From a virus (Duplodnaviria; Heunggongvirae; Uroviricota; Caudoviricetes; Herelleviridae), in IMG/VR virus record IMGVR_UViG_2974580128_000001: a DNA stretch of 64,000 bases. The stretch is one strand, 5' to 3'. Below are positions 17,610-27,582 of the stretch, one piece after another. Each line of letters starts with the position of its first letter. The first letter of the stretch is position 1. The notes beneath the pieces were generated by a model, which ran no database searches, was not told the DNA's origin, and saw only the letters and a list, made by a program, of their open reading frames with translations. A program made the position numbers and the translations under genes.

Positions 17610-18079
17610 TATTTGTCTCTTCCTTTCATTCGTTGGTTTCCTGTACGAGGTTTAAATTTACGTGGTAAAACACGGGTATTGCGTTTAGCTTCAGTATATT
17701 TACGTTTAAGCCGAACCTTTCTGTCTGACTGATGTTCAAACATGTCTGCAAGAGCGGAGCAGTAATCAATCTCTGCACGTACTTTTTCTCCCACATATCT
17801 TTCTAAATAGAATACATCAAGAGCTACTTTACTATAGTCAATGTCATATTGACTAATAGTAACAATGCGCTCAACTGTGTATCTATCACAAATAGAGAAT
17901 CGTAAGTAAATTATTAACTGGTCAAATCTTAAGTCATAATAGAGTGGTTTAAGATAGTCCAACTTAATACGGTTATCTATTTCGTATAGGTGTTCTTTTG
18001 TATAGTCTAACAGAGCAATAATTCGATTGTCTGTTTCATTCATTTCTAACGTCATACCTTCGTCCTTTCCGGTGTGCAT
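17609..18079 (-). CDS. hypothetical protein
   Basis: 156-aa ORF, basic C-terminus. Confidence 0.5.
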   Translation of the reverse strand: MHTGKDEGMTLEMNETDNRIIALLDYTKEHLYEIDNRIKLDYLKPLYYDLRFDQLIIYLRFSICDRYTVERIVTISQYDIDYSKVALDVFYLERYVGEKVRAEIDYCSALADMFEHQSDRKVRLKRKYTEAKRNTRVLPRKFKPRTGNQRMKGRDK

Positions 18080-18243
18080 TAATAGAGTCTACGGTTACAT
18101 GTCTTAGCTGAAAGCTTACTTAGTTAGACTCGGATAAAAGCCTCTTACCTAGACCTGTCCGCTAACAGCGGAGGATATTATCTAGGTAAGGGCTAAGGAT
18201 AAACACACCCTATACATACCGTTAATGTGACACGCCCGGTTCG

Positions 18244-18672
18244 TTACTGTCTTAAAATAAGGTCTGTTGGTAGTACTGAGTAGCGTTTTTCATCCACTGG
18301 GTTTAACCCATCTTTGCCGAGAACTGCCACTACAAGTTTGTCTTCATCGTATCCTGTAACTACCAAGTTAGCCCCCATTAGTTGTTCATTTCTTGCATAA
18401 AGTCCTGCCGGTGAATAGAGAACCCAATCCCCAATGTTAAATACCCCTTTAAGGTACTTACCACACATTGGACAGTACTTAATAAATGTTCTAGCTTCTG
18501 CGGTCATTGTCGTACGAACATTCCCATAACTGTGAAAACTAAACTGTGCACGCAATACATTATGGTCTACACCTATACCAATACCGCCTGATTCATCTTC
18601 TAAATTATAAAGTAATGCTCCACCCTCACACCAATTACACATGTTGCTCCTCCTTCGCTTTTTGGATTTCAC
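18244..18672 (-). CDS. zinc-finger protein
   Basis: CNWCEGG...CPMCGKY; 142 aa. Confidence 0.5.
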   Translation of the reverse strand: MKSKKRRRSNMCNWCEGGALLYNLEDESGGIGIGVDHNVLRAQFSFHSYGNVRTTMTAEARTFIKYCPMCGKYLKGVFNIGDWVLYSPAGLYARNEQLMGANLVVTGYDEDKLVVAVLGKDGLNPVDEKRYSVLPTDLILRQ

Positions 18673-18898
18673 TTTGTAAAAAATTAATATACCTTGGATT
18701 TTCTATATTAAACATATCCTGAACATATACGGCTCCTAGTTCTCTACGATACGCATAGTCCACACCAATACGTCTATAGAACTCATGGTTAACATGATAC
18801 ATAAACTGATGGAATCTTGTATGCTGTCCTCTTAAATCATACAGCTCCTGTAATAGGTCACAGATTTGTACAAATTCTTCCTTTGTTCCACTTGCCAT
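18635..18898 (-). CDS. hypothetical protein
   Basis: 87-aa ORF, RBS aaggaggag; preceded by promoter at 18928-18956. Confidence 0.5.
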   Translation of the reverse strand: MASGTKEEFVQICDLLQELYDLRGQHTRFHQFMYHVNHEFYRRIGVDYAYRRELGAVYVQDMFNIENPRYINFLQSEIQKAKEEQHV

Positions 18899-18927
18899 GA
18901 TTTATCTCCTCCTTACCTGTTACCTAA

Positions 18928-18956
18928 AGTATATCAAAACCCAGAGCATCTGTCAA
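18928..18956 (-). promoter_or_regulatory. minus-strand sigma-A-type promoter (TTGACA-17-TATACT)
   Basis: plus text agtata...ctgtcaacac; embedded in hairpin cccagag..ctctggg. Confidence 0.55.
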
Positions 18957-18973
18957 CACTCTGGGTAACTTTT

Positions 18974-20614
18974 TTATTGTACAGATAATAAGGAAGCTAC
19001 GTTAATGTAAGTAATCAAACCTTTTTCTACGTCCTGTACAATTGGGTACTCTGCTTTGTCTTCATACATGATGTTATCCCGTACATATAGCATCTCTGAT
19101 TCAACATAACGGAAGATAGCATCTGAACTACCTGTTGTTGCTAATCGTATCCGTTTCTTATCCGTAGGGTTTGCTATGACTGCCTGATTTTTACTTAGCT
19201 TACATAACAACTTAAACATTCTTGTAATGTTTTCATCTTCTAAAGCCGGAGAAGATGTTGTTTTCTTCTTCAATCGTTGTTCCATATAAATTGGAATTGC
19301 TTGTGCAGATAACTTCATCGTAGTATCACTATTTAAGAAGTACTCTGTAGTAGTTAAAACAACCTTTGATTGTTCTAAAAACTTAAGCTGTAAATAGCAT
19401 CGCAAATCATCTTCTGAGAATGATTTTTGGTATTTTGAATGGTCTGCATTTATCCATTCTACGATGCTACTTAAGAAGGTTACAGGTCTCTTACCAGAAT
19501 AAGAAATACTAATATAGTCAGATGTATTTACTATCTCTTTTGCGCAAGAGATTTCATATATGGTAGCCCCCTCTAGGTCACTGTCTTCACCGATAAAAAT
19601 AGTAGTTAAGAAGCTACTTGGGACAAATCCTACATGGATAAATTCTTGGGTTTCTGGTAGGTGTGACTCAATAAAACTACCTAAAAGTTCTTTCCATAAG
19701 AATTGCTCATCCTTGACTAGTGCTTCCTTCTTTTGAAGTTTATAGAACAAAAGGTCAAACGCAGTATACCAATCTTCGGAAATTTTTAGTTTAGTTAATT
19801 CCTCATCTACTGGAACATCAATAGTAGCAGACGTGTCTTCCTCAACTTCCGTGCTATCTAAATTATTATCCCATAAATCAAATGTTTTACGGAGACAAAA
19901 CTCTCTCCATAATGTATCACTCGGGTCTTCTCCATATTGCAATAACATCTGCTTTCCAATTGAAGTTAATGTAACCTTACCTCGACTATTGGTGCCCTCG
20001 TTATAATCTTGAATACACCCTTTATACCGCAAAGAAAGTAACATAGTGTTCGTTGCTTTATCTTCAATAAGTTTTAATATTTGTTTATAGCCGTACTCCA
20101 TATAGAAAACAGGGAAGTTCTTTTGCTCAACAAAAGCTTCGTGCTCCACCTCTAACCCACGTTTTTGTCTTCCGAGTTTATCAATTATACGAAGCGCCTC
20201 TAATTCTCGTTCCTCAATAGTCACAACATACTGACTAATTTTATTTTCGTAAGCTAAAGCGGTATTCATCTCTTGCAAAATCTGTTTAAATAAATCGTTT
20301 GCATCTTTTGCCTTCTGAGTCTTAAATGTTCTGATTGTCGTATCATAGAAACGTTCATGACTCGAAATAGCAAACTGCCCAATATATCGTTTACCTTTTA
20401 AATTTAAACGGTTTTCGTTACGATTCCCTAGAGTAAACGTTACGTAGACAGACTCACTAGACTTAGAAAAATAAATATCTTGAACAACTATGCCGATAGT
20501 TTCAAGCTCGTTTATACGTTTAGTAAAATCACTCTCATATTGTGGTCTGTTTACATTTTTGCAGTGCTTTCTATAGTGTACTGCAACAGTTTTCGATTCT
20601 TTTGCCACATCCAA
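18974..20614 (-). CDS. large hypothetical protein (546 aa)
   Basis: long ORF with RBS gagaggtaattgg; no motif recognised. Confidence 0.6.
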   Translation of the reverse strand: MDVAKESKTVAVHYRKHCKNVNRPQYESDFTKRINELETIGIVVQDIYFSKSSESVYVTFTLGNRNENRLNLKGKRYIGQFAISSHERFYDTTIRTFKTQKAKDANDLFKQILQEMNTALAYENKISQYVVTIEERELEALRIIDKLGRQKRGLEVEHEAFVEQKNFPVFYMEYGYKQILKLIEDKATNTMLLSLRYKGCIQDYNEGTNSRGKVTLTSIGKQMLLQYGEDPSDTLWREFCLRKTFDLWDNNLDSTEVEEDTSATIDVPVDEELTKLKISEDWYTAFDLLFYKLQKKEALVKDEQFLWKELLGSFIESHLPETQEFIHVGFVPSSFLTTIFIGEDSDLEGATIYEISCAKEIVNTSDYISISYSGKRPVTFLSSIVEWINADHSKYQKSFSEDDLRCYLQLKFLEQSKVVLTTTEYFLNSDTTMKLSAQAIPIYMEQRLKKKTTSSPALEDENITRMFKLLCKLSKNQAVIANPTDKKRIRLATTGSSDAIFRYVESEMLYVRDNIMYEDKAEYPIVQDVEKGLITYINVASLLSVQ

Positions 20615-20623
20615 TTACCTCTC

Positions 20624-20944
20624 TTATCTTTCTTCTTTTGCAACGTATGCTTCTAATACAATAGTTCTAATCGGTGCTTCTTCATGTACTTCATCTTTTA
20701 CCTTCTTGATTACACCTTCTCTTAACAGTCCTTCTCCTAACTTATGTGAAGCTTCTAGCATTCGTAAGTTTACAAGCTCATCACTGTCAAATACACTCAC
20801 ATCTAAGCTTACTCTGTAAGGTAATACTTGTTGGTATACACGGGTGACTGTTAGGGGTTCCCCTATAAGAGGACTCTTCCCAACTCGAGAAAATGCCCAG
20901 TTATCCAACTTTTTATTAAACCGCTTCTTTAATCTGTCTAACAT
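20624..20944 (-). CDS. hypothetical protein
   Basis: 106-aa ORF, RBS ggaggtg. Confidence 0.5.
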   Translation of the reverse strand: MLDRLKKRFNKKLDNWAFSRVGKSPLIGEPLTVTRVYQQVLPYRVSLDVSVFDSDELVNLRMLEASHKLGEGLLREGVIKKVKDEVHEEAPIRTIVLEAYVAKEER

Positions 20945-20964
20945 GTTTTCACCTCCATGTAAAC

Positions 20965-20994
20965 AGTATACATGTTAATCCTTACAAAAGTCAA
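20965..20994 (-). promoter_or_regulatory. minus-strand sigma-A-type promoter (TTGACT-18-TATACT)
   Basis: plus text agtata...aagtcaacaa. Confidence 0.55.
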
Positions 20995-21017
20995 CAATAA
21001 AATAAAAAAACATACAA

Positions 21018-21758
21018 CTAAGTATGTTTTTTCGGTACAAAATATTTCTCTTGGATATTACCGTCTTTATCTACAACAATACCATTTAACTGTCCGCCAT
21101 AGGCGCAAGCACCATCAATGTATATTGTACGGTCTCCTAAATAAATATCACAGTTATTACCTTTATGAAAGTTCACTGTAGGTGTATGTCCTACAATAAT
21201 AGTTTTACTTGTCTCGTTCTTTTGGAATGGATTTGGTCTAGTCCAAAGCATTTCATGTTCCTCTGCTGTTTTCCAGTCTGGCTGTCTCCATCTTGGGATA
21301 CCTCCATGCACAAATAGCACGTTACCGAACTCGTAGTAAGGTTCTAGGAGTTCCAAGGTGTCTTTTACATTAGAATTATTAAGAAGCTCTGTACGCAACG
21401 TTAGGGCGCTAAGAGAAGCTGTCTTAGTTCCTAGAATCGAATTAGCAGTCTCTTGACCTCCTTGATAATACCACACTGAGTATATCTCTTGCAAGTCCTC
21501 ATAATCTGGTTCTAATCTTAATGGGAAACTAAGGAAATCTAATAGCATTTGGTCATGGTTCCCTTTAATTGCTGTGCCACCAGAAGCCATATGTTCGTAA
21601 ACAAAACCTAGAACTTCTTTTGATTGGAGACCTCTGTCTACATAATCTCCTAAAAGAACCAATTCCTGTTCTTCACGATTCCAATTTTTTAATAACTCCA
21701 TAAACTCATCGTACATACCATGTATATCTGATACTACGAACGCTTTCTCTTTGCTCAT
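21018..21758 (-). CDS. calcineurin-like metallophosphoesterase (Ser/Thr phosphatase-like)
   Basis: DIHG...GDYVDRG...GNHD motifs. Confidence 0.75.
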   Translation of the reverse strand: MSKEKAFVVSDIHGMYDEFMELLKNWNREEQELVLLGDYVDRGLQSKEVLGFVYEHMASGGTAIKGNHDQMLLDFLSFPLRLEPDYEDLQEIYSVWYYQGGQETANSILGTKTASLSALTLRTELLNNSNVKDTLELLEPYYEFGNVLFVHGGIPRWRQPDWKTAEEHEMLWTRPNPFQKNETSKTIIVGHTPTVNFHKGNNCDIYLGDRTIYIDGACAYGGQLNGIVVDKDGNIQEKYFVPKKHT

Positions 21759-22015
21759 TAATCGTCCTCTACTTTCTCAAAATATCGAAAGAACGCATAC
21801 CAATCATATCGTTCAGTAACCTGCTTACTCTCGTGCATAAATACAAACTCAACGTATTTGTGTTTAACTGCATGAGGGTCTACTGGTTCCCAAGGAAGCC
21901 TGCGAGGATAATCGTAATAAACTTTTGTTGGAATGACTTCTCGCATTAACAATTTAGGGTACCGCTTTTTAGGACGGTACCTCTTTCCTAAAACATGTTC
22001 GTATGTCGGTCTCAT
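21758..22015 (-). CDS. hypothetical protein
   Basis: 85-aa ORF coupled between two phosphoesterase genes. Confidence 0.45.
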   Translation of the reverse strand: MRPTYEHVLGKRYRPKKRYPKLLMREVIPTKVYYDYPRRLPWEPVDPHAVKHKYVEFVFMHESKQVTERYDWYAFFRYFEKVEDD

Positions 22016-22620
22016 TCTATTGTACCATGTTTCGTATAAGTTAAGCCGGACTCGTTGAAATGCTTTTCCTTTTCTTCAATCAGGTCAATACACTCTTTAA
22101 TTGTGTATGGTGTCCCAAAAGGGTGTAAAGTTAATTCTGGTGAATCGACACCTACATTTAATAAGTTAGGTTCTTGATAAGCTATCTCATGAATATGTCC
22201 ATGTAAGTTTACTCGGTTTCCTCGGCTACCAATAATGAGTGGATAGTGTGTTAAATGGATGATTTTTCTTTCCTGCTTTAGTATTACGCCAACATCACTC
22301 CAGAATACTCGTTCACGTAATTCCTCATCCCGATTAATTGTTTTTAAAAGCTTGGTACTGTCGTGGTTTCCTTTAACCATGATAATGATACCGTTTAGCT
22401 TACGAAGAATCTCTAGAGTATCCTTTGGTTTCTGGTTCATAGCAAAGTCCCCTAGATGGTACACAGTGTCTTCCGGACGAACTCGTTTGTTCCATGTCTT
22501 GATTAAGTAATCGTTCATTTCGTCCACATCAGCAAACCTACGTCTTGTCTCTACAAAGCCATCTTCACCACAAATATTGTGGTGGTTGAAGTGCATGTCT
22601 GAAATTACATATGTTTTCAT
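22012..22620 (-). CDS. calcineurin-like metallophosphoesterase
   Basis: SDMHFNH...HLGDF...GNHD motifs. Confidence 0.7.
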   Translation of the reverse strand: MKTYVISDMHFNHHNICGEDGFVETRRRFADVDEMNDYLIKTWNKRVRPEDTVYHLGDFAMNQKPKDTLEILRKLNGIIIMVKGNHDSTKLLKTINRDEELRERVFWSDVGVILKQERKIIHLTHYPLIIGSRGNRVNLHGHIHEIAYQEPNLLNVGVDSPELTLHPFGTPYTIKECIDLIEEKEKHFNESGLTYTKHGTIE

Positions 22621-23192
22621 TCTAGCAACCCTCCCAATTCAAAGTTATCGAAACACTCTGCATTGTATACATTTTGAATGGCATTCCGATAGAACTCTAC
22701 AGTCTCTAGACTAACTGGGGTGAAGTTGTGTACATCTACTCCTACATTAAGTCCGTCACGTTTCACCTTTTGTTTTTCATGAATATGCCCAAATAAGCCA
22801 AAATAGCCATCTTTGATTTTATCTTCTGAATAACTCATATGGGAAGGCTCATGGACAAGAACTAATTTTTGGTCTACAAGAGTGACAATTTCTCCTTTTC
22901 TAACAAATTCAAAGTATTTTTCTTGTTCCGGAGTAATAAACCCACCTTTACCATCCCGTTCATAGTTACCAAATAATAAATGAATTTTACCTTTAAGCTG
23001 TTTAGCTACTTCGAAGTTACCGAAATCCCCTAAATGGTAAACAGTGTCTTCTTCATCTACAACATCGTTCCACCGTTCTATCATAGCTAAATCAGCATGT
23101 TCTACATTATCAAAATACATACCTCGCATAGAATATTTGAAAGTACGTTCTTGTCCAAAGTGTGTGTCGGACGTAAACCAAATCTTACTCAT
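22617..23192 (-). CDS. calcineurin-like metallophosphoesterase
   Basis: SDTHFG...HLGDFGN...GNYERD...GHIHE motifs. Confidence 0.65.
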   Translation of the reverse strand: MSKIWFTSDTHFGQERTFKYSMRGMYFDNVEHADLAMIERWNDVVDEEDTVYHLGDFGNFEVAKQLKGKIHLLFGNYERDGKGGFITPEQEKYFEFVRKGEIVTLVDQKLVLVHEPSHMSYSEDKIKDGYFGLFGHIHEKQKVKRDGLNVGVDVHNFTPVSLETVEFYRNAIQNVYNAECFDNFELGGLLE

Positions 23193-23669
23193 TTACATCA
23201 TCTCCAAACGTTCATAACATTTTTTAATTACCAAGGCATCCCACATTGCATTATGCTTTACACCTTCCATTGTTTCACCATTACCAAGAAGGAACGCAAA
23301 CTCTTCACGAGAAATATCAGGGTCAACGCCTTTAACCTTAAATAACGTACAGATGTCAAAGGGAATATAGTACATGTTACTGGGTATAGAGAGCGCATCC
23401 CCAAATAGATGGTTGAACAACACCCAGTCGTATGAAAGACAGTCTGACCATACTTCTACAGAATTAAACTGCGCTAGCCATTCCTGTAGTTTTTGTGCGA
23501 TATATTCTGTGTCTCCATAGTACTGATTTTCTTCTTCTCGTAGGTTTTCTTCCCCTACTAAATTATCAAGCACATGCGCCTGTAACCATTCGTCTACTTG
23601 TGTTTCATCGTAATCGTTTAACTCTGCATAGAATGATACACCATTTTCATGTCTTACTCCTCTATGCAA
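23193..23669 (-). CDS. putative DEDDh-family 3'-5' exonuclease
   Basis: C-terminal HNAMWDA resembles the Exo III (H-x4-D) motif; overall call is weak. Confidence 0.35.
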   Translation of the reverse strand: MHRGVRHENGVSFYAELNDYDETQVDEWLQAHVLDNLVGEENLREEENQYYGDTEYIAQKLQEWLAQFNSVEVWSDCLSYDWVLFNHLFGDALSIPSNMYYIPFDICTLFKVKGVDPDISREEFAFLLGNGETMEGVKHNAMWDALVIKKCYERLEMM

Positions 23670-23679
23670 TTAATTATGA

Positions 23680-24030
23680 TTATGTTGTGACTATCAATAG
23701 AACTAACAATTGAAGATAATGAACTGTTTGGTCAATTGTTAATTGTGTTTTGGGGTCTGGTACTATCGAAGGAAACCATGTACTTTGTGCTTTGAGATAA
23801 TCCATTACAAAATGTGGTAACCATAGAACAAGTAAAATGTGTGCTAATGTAATAGACAAACCAATTAGGTAACCTGTCATAGCAATTGTAAAAGTCCAAA
23901 TAGTTGCATGGATAAATAACACATATAGGTCTCTTGTTTTTTCTCTTGCAATATATTCACTTTGTAGTGCGTAATCTCCTACAGCATGTGCCCCTACTAA
24001 CATAACAAACATAGTAATATATGGTGTCAT
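23680..24030 (-). CDS. membrane protein (DUF3307-like)
   Basis: 3-4 TM segments; AHAVGDYALQS motif. Confidence 0.45.
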   Translation of the reverse strand: MTPYITMFVMLVGAHAVGDYALQSEYIAREKTRDLYVLFIHATIWTFTIAMTGYLIGLSITLAHILLVLWLPHFVMDYLKAQSTWFPSIVPDPKTQLTIDQTVHYLQLLVLLIVTT

Positions 24031-24254
24031 TATATTCTACCACCCTCATCTAATAGTTTCTCTAACGGAATGAACTCTGTTGTCCGTCTAAGAACAACAT
24101 CTCCTGATTCCTCAATTGTATCAAGCCAACGTTTACTACCATCACTCATACGAAACAATCTTAACGGGTACCCCATTTCGTCATATTGTATAATATTTGT
24201 TCTTTCGTATACGTAAGGCTCTGGCTTCTTTTTTATAAAGTTAAACCAGTTCAT
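24030..24254 (-). CDS. hypothetical protein
   Basis: 74-aa ORF, ATGA-coupled. Confidence 0.45.
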   Translation of the reverse strand: MNWFNFIKKKPEPYVYERTNIIQYDEMGYPLRLFRMSDGSKRWLDTIEESGDVVLRRTTEFIPLEKLLDEGGRI

Positions 24255-24511
24255 TCCTGCACCTCTTCATAAGTGTCTGCAAAGATGTCTGGTTTACATG
24301 GATAAACTTCACCTTGAACACCTCGAATGATGTAGTCTCCCACAGAAACGTGCATCCAACCTTCAAGTGTTTTAATATAAAGTTCTCCTTCTTCAAAACT
24401 GTAATCTGTATTTAATATCCATTCTGGGACATAGTAGTTTCCTGTGGAATCCATAAAATCTCCATCAAATTTAAATGCCTCAATTACTACTGGTTTCTTT
24501 CTATACTTCAT
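24251..24511 (-). CDS. hypothetical protein
   Basis: 86-aa ORF. Confidence 0.45.
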   Translation of the reverse strand: MKYRKKPVVIEAFKFDGDFMDSTGNYYVPEWILNTDYSFEEGELYIKTLEGWMHVSVGDYIIRGVQGEVYPCKPDIFADTYEEVQE

Positions 24512-24728
24512 ATGTTACCTCCGTATTTACTATATTTTGTAATATAAAAGATACTTCTACACCACGAAAGTCTTTGTGTGGCTTAGTTCGTATACTTTTA
24601 TATTCAACTGCTTGTTCAATACTTTTTAGCATATGTTTGGCATAACTACCTACAAACATATAATATCTACCATCTATTGTATATACACGTAGTATTTTCT
24701 TAGTTTTTGTCATTGATAGCACCTTCAA
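24501..24728 (-). CDS. hypothetical protein
   Basis: 75-aa ORF. Confidence 0.45.
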   Translation of the reverse strand: MKVLSMTKTKKILRVYTIDGRYYMFVGSYAKHMLKSIEQAVEYKSIRTKPHKDFRGVEVSFILQNIVNTEVTYEV

Positions 24729-24933
24729 TGTATTTTAATTCACGCATCAACTTAATAAAAGAATCAGTGTCTAAAATAACTGACATGTCATCGCTTCTAT
24801 CTTGTATAGTAATTTCTACCACTGTATCTTCTTCATCAAGACTACGACGGTCTTCCTCATAAGTTACTTTAACGCTACTGCTAACGCCATCATCACTATA
24901 CAATGCGTAATACCTATTTGTACTTATTTCCAC
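24700..24933 (-). CDS. hypothetical protein
   Basis: 77-aa ORF. Confidence 0.45.
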   Translation of the reverse strand: MEISTNRYYALYSDDGVSSSVKVTYEEDRRSLDEEDTVVEITIQDRSDDMSVILDTDSFIKLMRELKYIEGAINDKN

Positions 24934-24938
24934 TCCAA

Positions 24939-25136
24939 TCAGCCCCTTTCTTTTATTGGTCTAGTTCCGTTTCCTTGCACTTTTGTTCCTCTATATTTAA
25001 CAGCACAGTCAGCGTGCTGTAGTCTCCAATAACCATTATTTCTTTCGAAATGTCCTTGACCTTTTTCTACAAAGGTACCGCACCTGTAGCAATAACCCGG
25101 ATACTTGTTGCGCATAGTAGTCTCCCCTTTACACAA
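24939..25136 (-). CDS. small zinc-binding protein
   Basis: CYRCG...C..H. Confidence 0.45.
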   Translation of the reverse strand: MCKGETTMRNKYPGYCYRCGTFVEKGQGHFERNNGYWRLQHADCAVKYRGTKVQGNGTRPIKERG

Positions 25137-25722
25137 GTTCTAACGAGATACTTAATATACCAGAATATTTATCTTTTACAGCTTCTTCTACTTGATTAAT
25201 TGCTTCTTCCAGTGAAATAGTTGTATTCGTATCCTCGGAATAAGTCTTAGCTAAAATCCGTATTGCATGAACTTGGGAAACCTCTTTTAGTTCAACAGAG
25301 GTATTGTCTTCGTCATCCACATAGGCTTGCTCTTTGTATATCTCTAAAGCTTTGCTAGGACTATAGGCTGATATAAGCGCAAAATAAGGGCTAGTTACTT
25401 CATAGAACTTAATTCCTGTTAAGTTAAAGAAAGGTGTTACGTAGTCCATTACGCCTTTTTTCATGCGTAGTTCATTTGAATGTTTTAAGCTATCATAGTG
25501 CTCTTTTTCTACTACAACAACCTCGACTACTTTACCTTTTTCTACTTCATTTGGGGTACATAGTCTATCTCTAGCTCCAAGATAACTACACATTAGTGCA
25601 TCTTTAACTATCGTTCCAGAAGCAGTATTATACCCTGTTTTATAAAACCCATCTTCCCTTACTGCAACATATAATTTTAACGGCTCACTCATACTAGTTT
25701 TCCTCCTCTGTAATAGTATCAT
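25129..25722 (-). CDS. hypothetical protein
   Basis: 197-aa ORF (likely starts at the internal MSEPLK). Confidence 0.5.
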   Translation of the reverse strand: MILLQRRKTSMSEPLKLYVAVREDGFYKTGYNTASGTIVKDALMCSYLGARDRLCTPNEVEKGKVVEVVVVEKEHYDSLKHSNELRMKKGVMDYVTPFFNLTGIKFYEVTSPYFALISAYSPSKALEIYKEQAYVDDEDNTSVELKEVSQVHAIRILAKTYSEDTNTTISLEEAINQVEEAVKDKYSGILSISLELV

Positions 25723-25916
25723 AGAAAATCATCCCAACCGACTCCCACGCTACGCATAAAACAAGACTTATTACATAGTAAGTATCTTTTATGATACTCA
25801 TTTTTAAAACTCAGAGTGCTTCCGCACTCTGAACAATATAACTTCACTTTTTTGTCTGGGTATCCATCGTTGAGTATCTCCTGCTTAAATCTCTTAATTC
25901 CTTGTCGTCTATTCAT
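25719..25916 (-). CDS. zinc-ribbon protein
   Basis: CSECG...CNKSC. Confidence 0.45.
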   Translation of the reverse strand: MNRRQGIKRFKQEILNDGYPDKKVKLYCSECGSTLSFKNEYHKRYLLCNKSCFMRSVGVGWDDFL

Positions 25917-26474
25917 CTATAACCTCTTTTCCACTGGCACAGCAAACGCCCATAAATCTGCATTAATTTCTTTTATCTCCCGCTCTGTAAAACTATTCTT
26001 CCAAGTTCTACAATGCTTGTTATTTTTAACCACGGAAAGGTGGGTATAAGTCTCCCCGGACATTGTTTTAGTTTGAACGAGATAATATGTTTCATTAACA
26101 ACCGTTAACTTAACATGATACAACGGTTCTTCAACCTTATAACCAAGAATACAAGCCCTCTCAAAATCATAGCGACAATACGCTATTTCAAAATATCTAC
26201 TCAATTTGTCTAATTCCAAAGTATCCGGTAAATTTACTGTATCAGGTGTGTTATTCCGAAATTCTTGGATTGCATCACTAGGTGCCCAATTACGTTTCGT
26301 TACCCAATCAACAAACTCCGCCACAAAATTTGGTATAACTGGTTTATCTACTTCCCCTATCTTTCTCATTATTGTAATTCCGGCATTTATACCCTCGTTA
26401 TAACAAAAGTCTCTTATATCAGTTCCTGACATCCTATGGCTTTCTAATTCCTTAATCGCTTCTTGTTTATTCAT
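25917..26474 (-). CDS. hypothetical protein
   Basis: 185-aa ORF. Confidence 0.55.
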   Translation of the reverse strand: MNKQEAIKELESHRMSGTDIRDFCYNEGINAGITIMRKIGEVDKPVIPNFVAEFVDWVTKRNWAPSDAIQEFRNNTPDTVNLPDTLELDKLSRYFEIAYCRYDFERACILGYKVEEPLYHVKLTVVNETYYLVQTKTMSGETYTHLSVVKNNKHCRTWKNSFTEREIKEINADLWAFAVPVEKRL

Positions 26475-26476
26475 AG

Positions 26477-27235
26477 CTACTCCTTCTCTAAATTCTCTCT
26501 CTTGGCTAACAACCGGAAATTTTCATAAAAATAACCTAAAGTTTCGTCACCGATAGCCCCATCATCTGCATCAGTGTAAAATTCATCTTTAACTCCGTTA
26601 ACTAAAAGTACCCCGTCATCATCTATTCCTTCAACAAAATATACCTTTGCTTCATGTGTACCTTTACGAATAACTAAATCCCCAACATTCACTTCCCATT
26701 TAGGTATTGGCTCTACTTCATCTGGCAATTTAATTATTGTAAAGTGCGTTTTATACTCTGGGAAGTCATCGTCTAATGGAGTACCAGAATATGGTGCTTC
26801 ACTAATAGGAAAATCCCACCAAAGAACATCTCCCATGTCTTCATGCCATTTATCTGCTCGATATGCTATAACCCTCTGAGAGTTGTCCTGATAATCTTTC
26901 ACAGGTTCGATTGATAACCAAGCTCCCATAAACTCTTCTGTATTATTAGCAATCCACTTTAGTGCTACTGTTTCTTGTAGACTTCCGGTAAAAGGTTGGG
27001 ACTTAGTTTTATAACTAACTAGAATTTCCATTATAGTATCAAAGTCTGTATCCGGGCTTTCTTTCCAATAAGTGAGCAAGTCTTGCACTTCTTCTGGCAA
27101 GGAGTAACTTATTATAGCCTGCTGTTTTTTTAACGAACGAATAGCATTTTGTAAGTAAGCTTCTTCGACATCCCGACTTTTATTACCATTTAAAACCCGC
27201 TCAATCTCATCAATTGCATGTTCAATGTGATTCAT
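26477..27235 (-). CDS. hypothetical protein
   Basis: 252-aa ORF. Confidence 0.55.
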   Translation of the reverse strand: MNHIEHAIDEIERVLNGNKSRDVEEAYLQNAIRSLKKQQAIISYSLPEEVQDLLTYWKESPDTDFDTIMEILVSYKTKSQPFTGSLQETVALKWIANNTEEFMGAWLSIEPVKDYQDNSQRVIAYRADKWHEDMGDVLWWDFPISEAPYSGTPLDDDFPEYKTHFTIIKLPDEVEPIPKWEVNVGDLVIRKGTHEAKVYFVEGIDDDGVLLVNGVKDEFYTDADDGAIGDETLGYFYENFRLLAKRENLEKE

Positions 27236-27237
27236 TA

Positions 27238-27582
27238 TTATTCCTCCTTTAAATCCCCAAATTTTCTGTCTAATTCAACACCAAATTCAAATTCATCAGC
27301 TTTCTTCGATAATTTGCACATATCTTCATAATTTTTCTTGAAGTTCTTATGAATAATCGGAGAACAATAACCTGTCTCTATCCGTGCTAATGAATACTTG
27401 ACCAGTCTAGCAATTTTATACTCTAATGTTTGATAATTAACAACAATATTTAATTTATTTTTTGGGTTGTACCACTCATGTGTATATGGAGGCATTGTAA
27501 CCCTATTCTCAAACCCTAAACCTGTCAACAGCTTTTTGACTGCTTCTGTATTAACTTCTAATGTGTCCATGTCTACCTCCAC
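27238..27582 (-). CDS. hypothetical protein
   Basis: 114-aa ORF. Confidence 0.5.
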   Translation of the reverse strand: MEVDMDTLEVNTEAVKKLLTGLGFENRVTMPPYTHEWYNPKNKLNIVVNYQTLEYKIARLVKYSLARIETGYCSPIIHKNFKKNYEDMCKLSKKADEFEFGVELDRKFGDLKEE

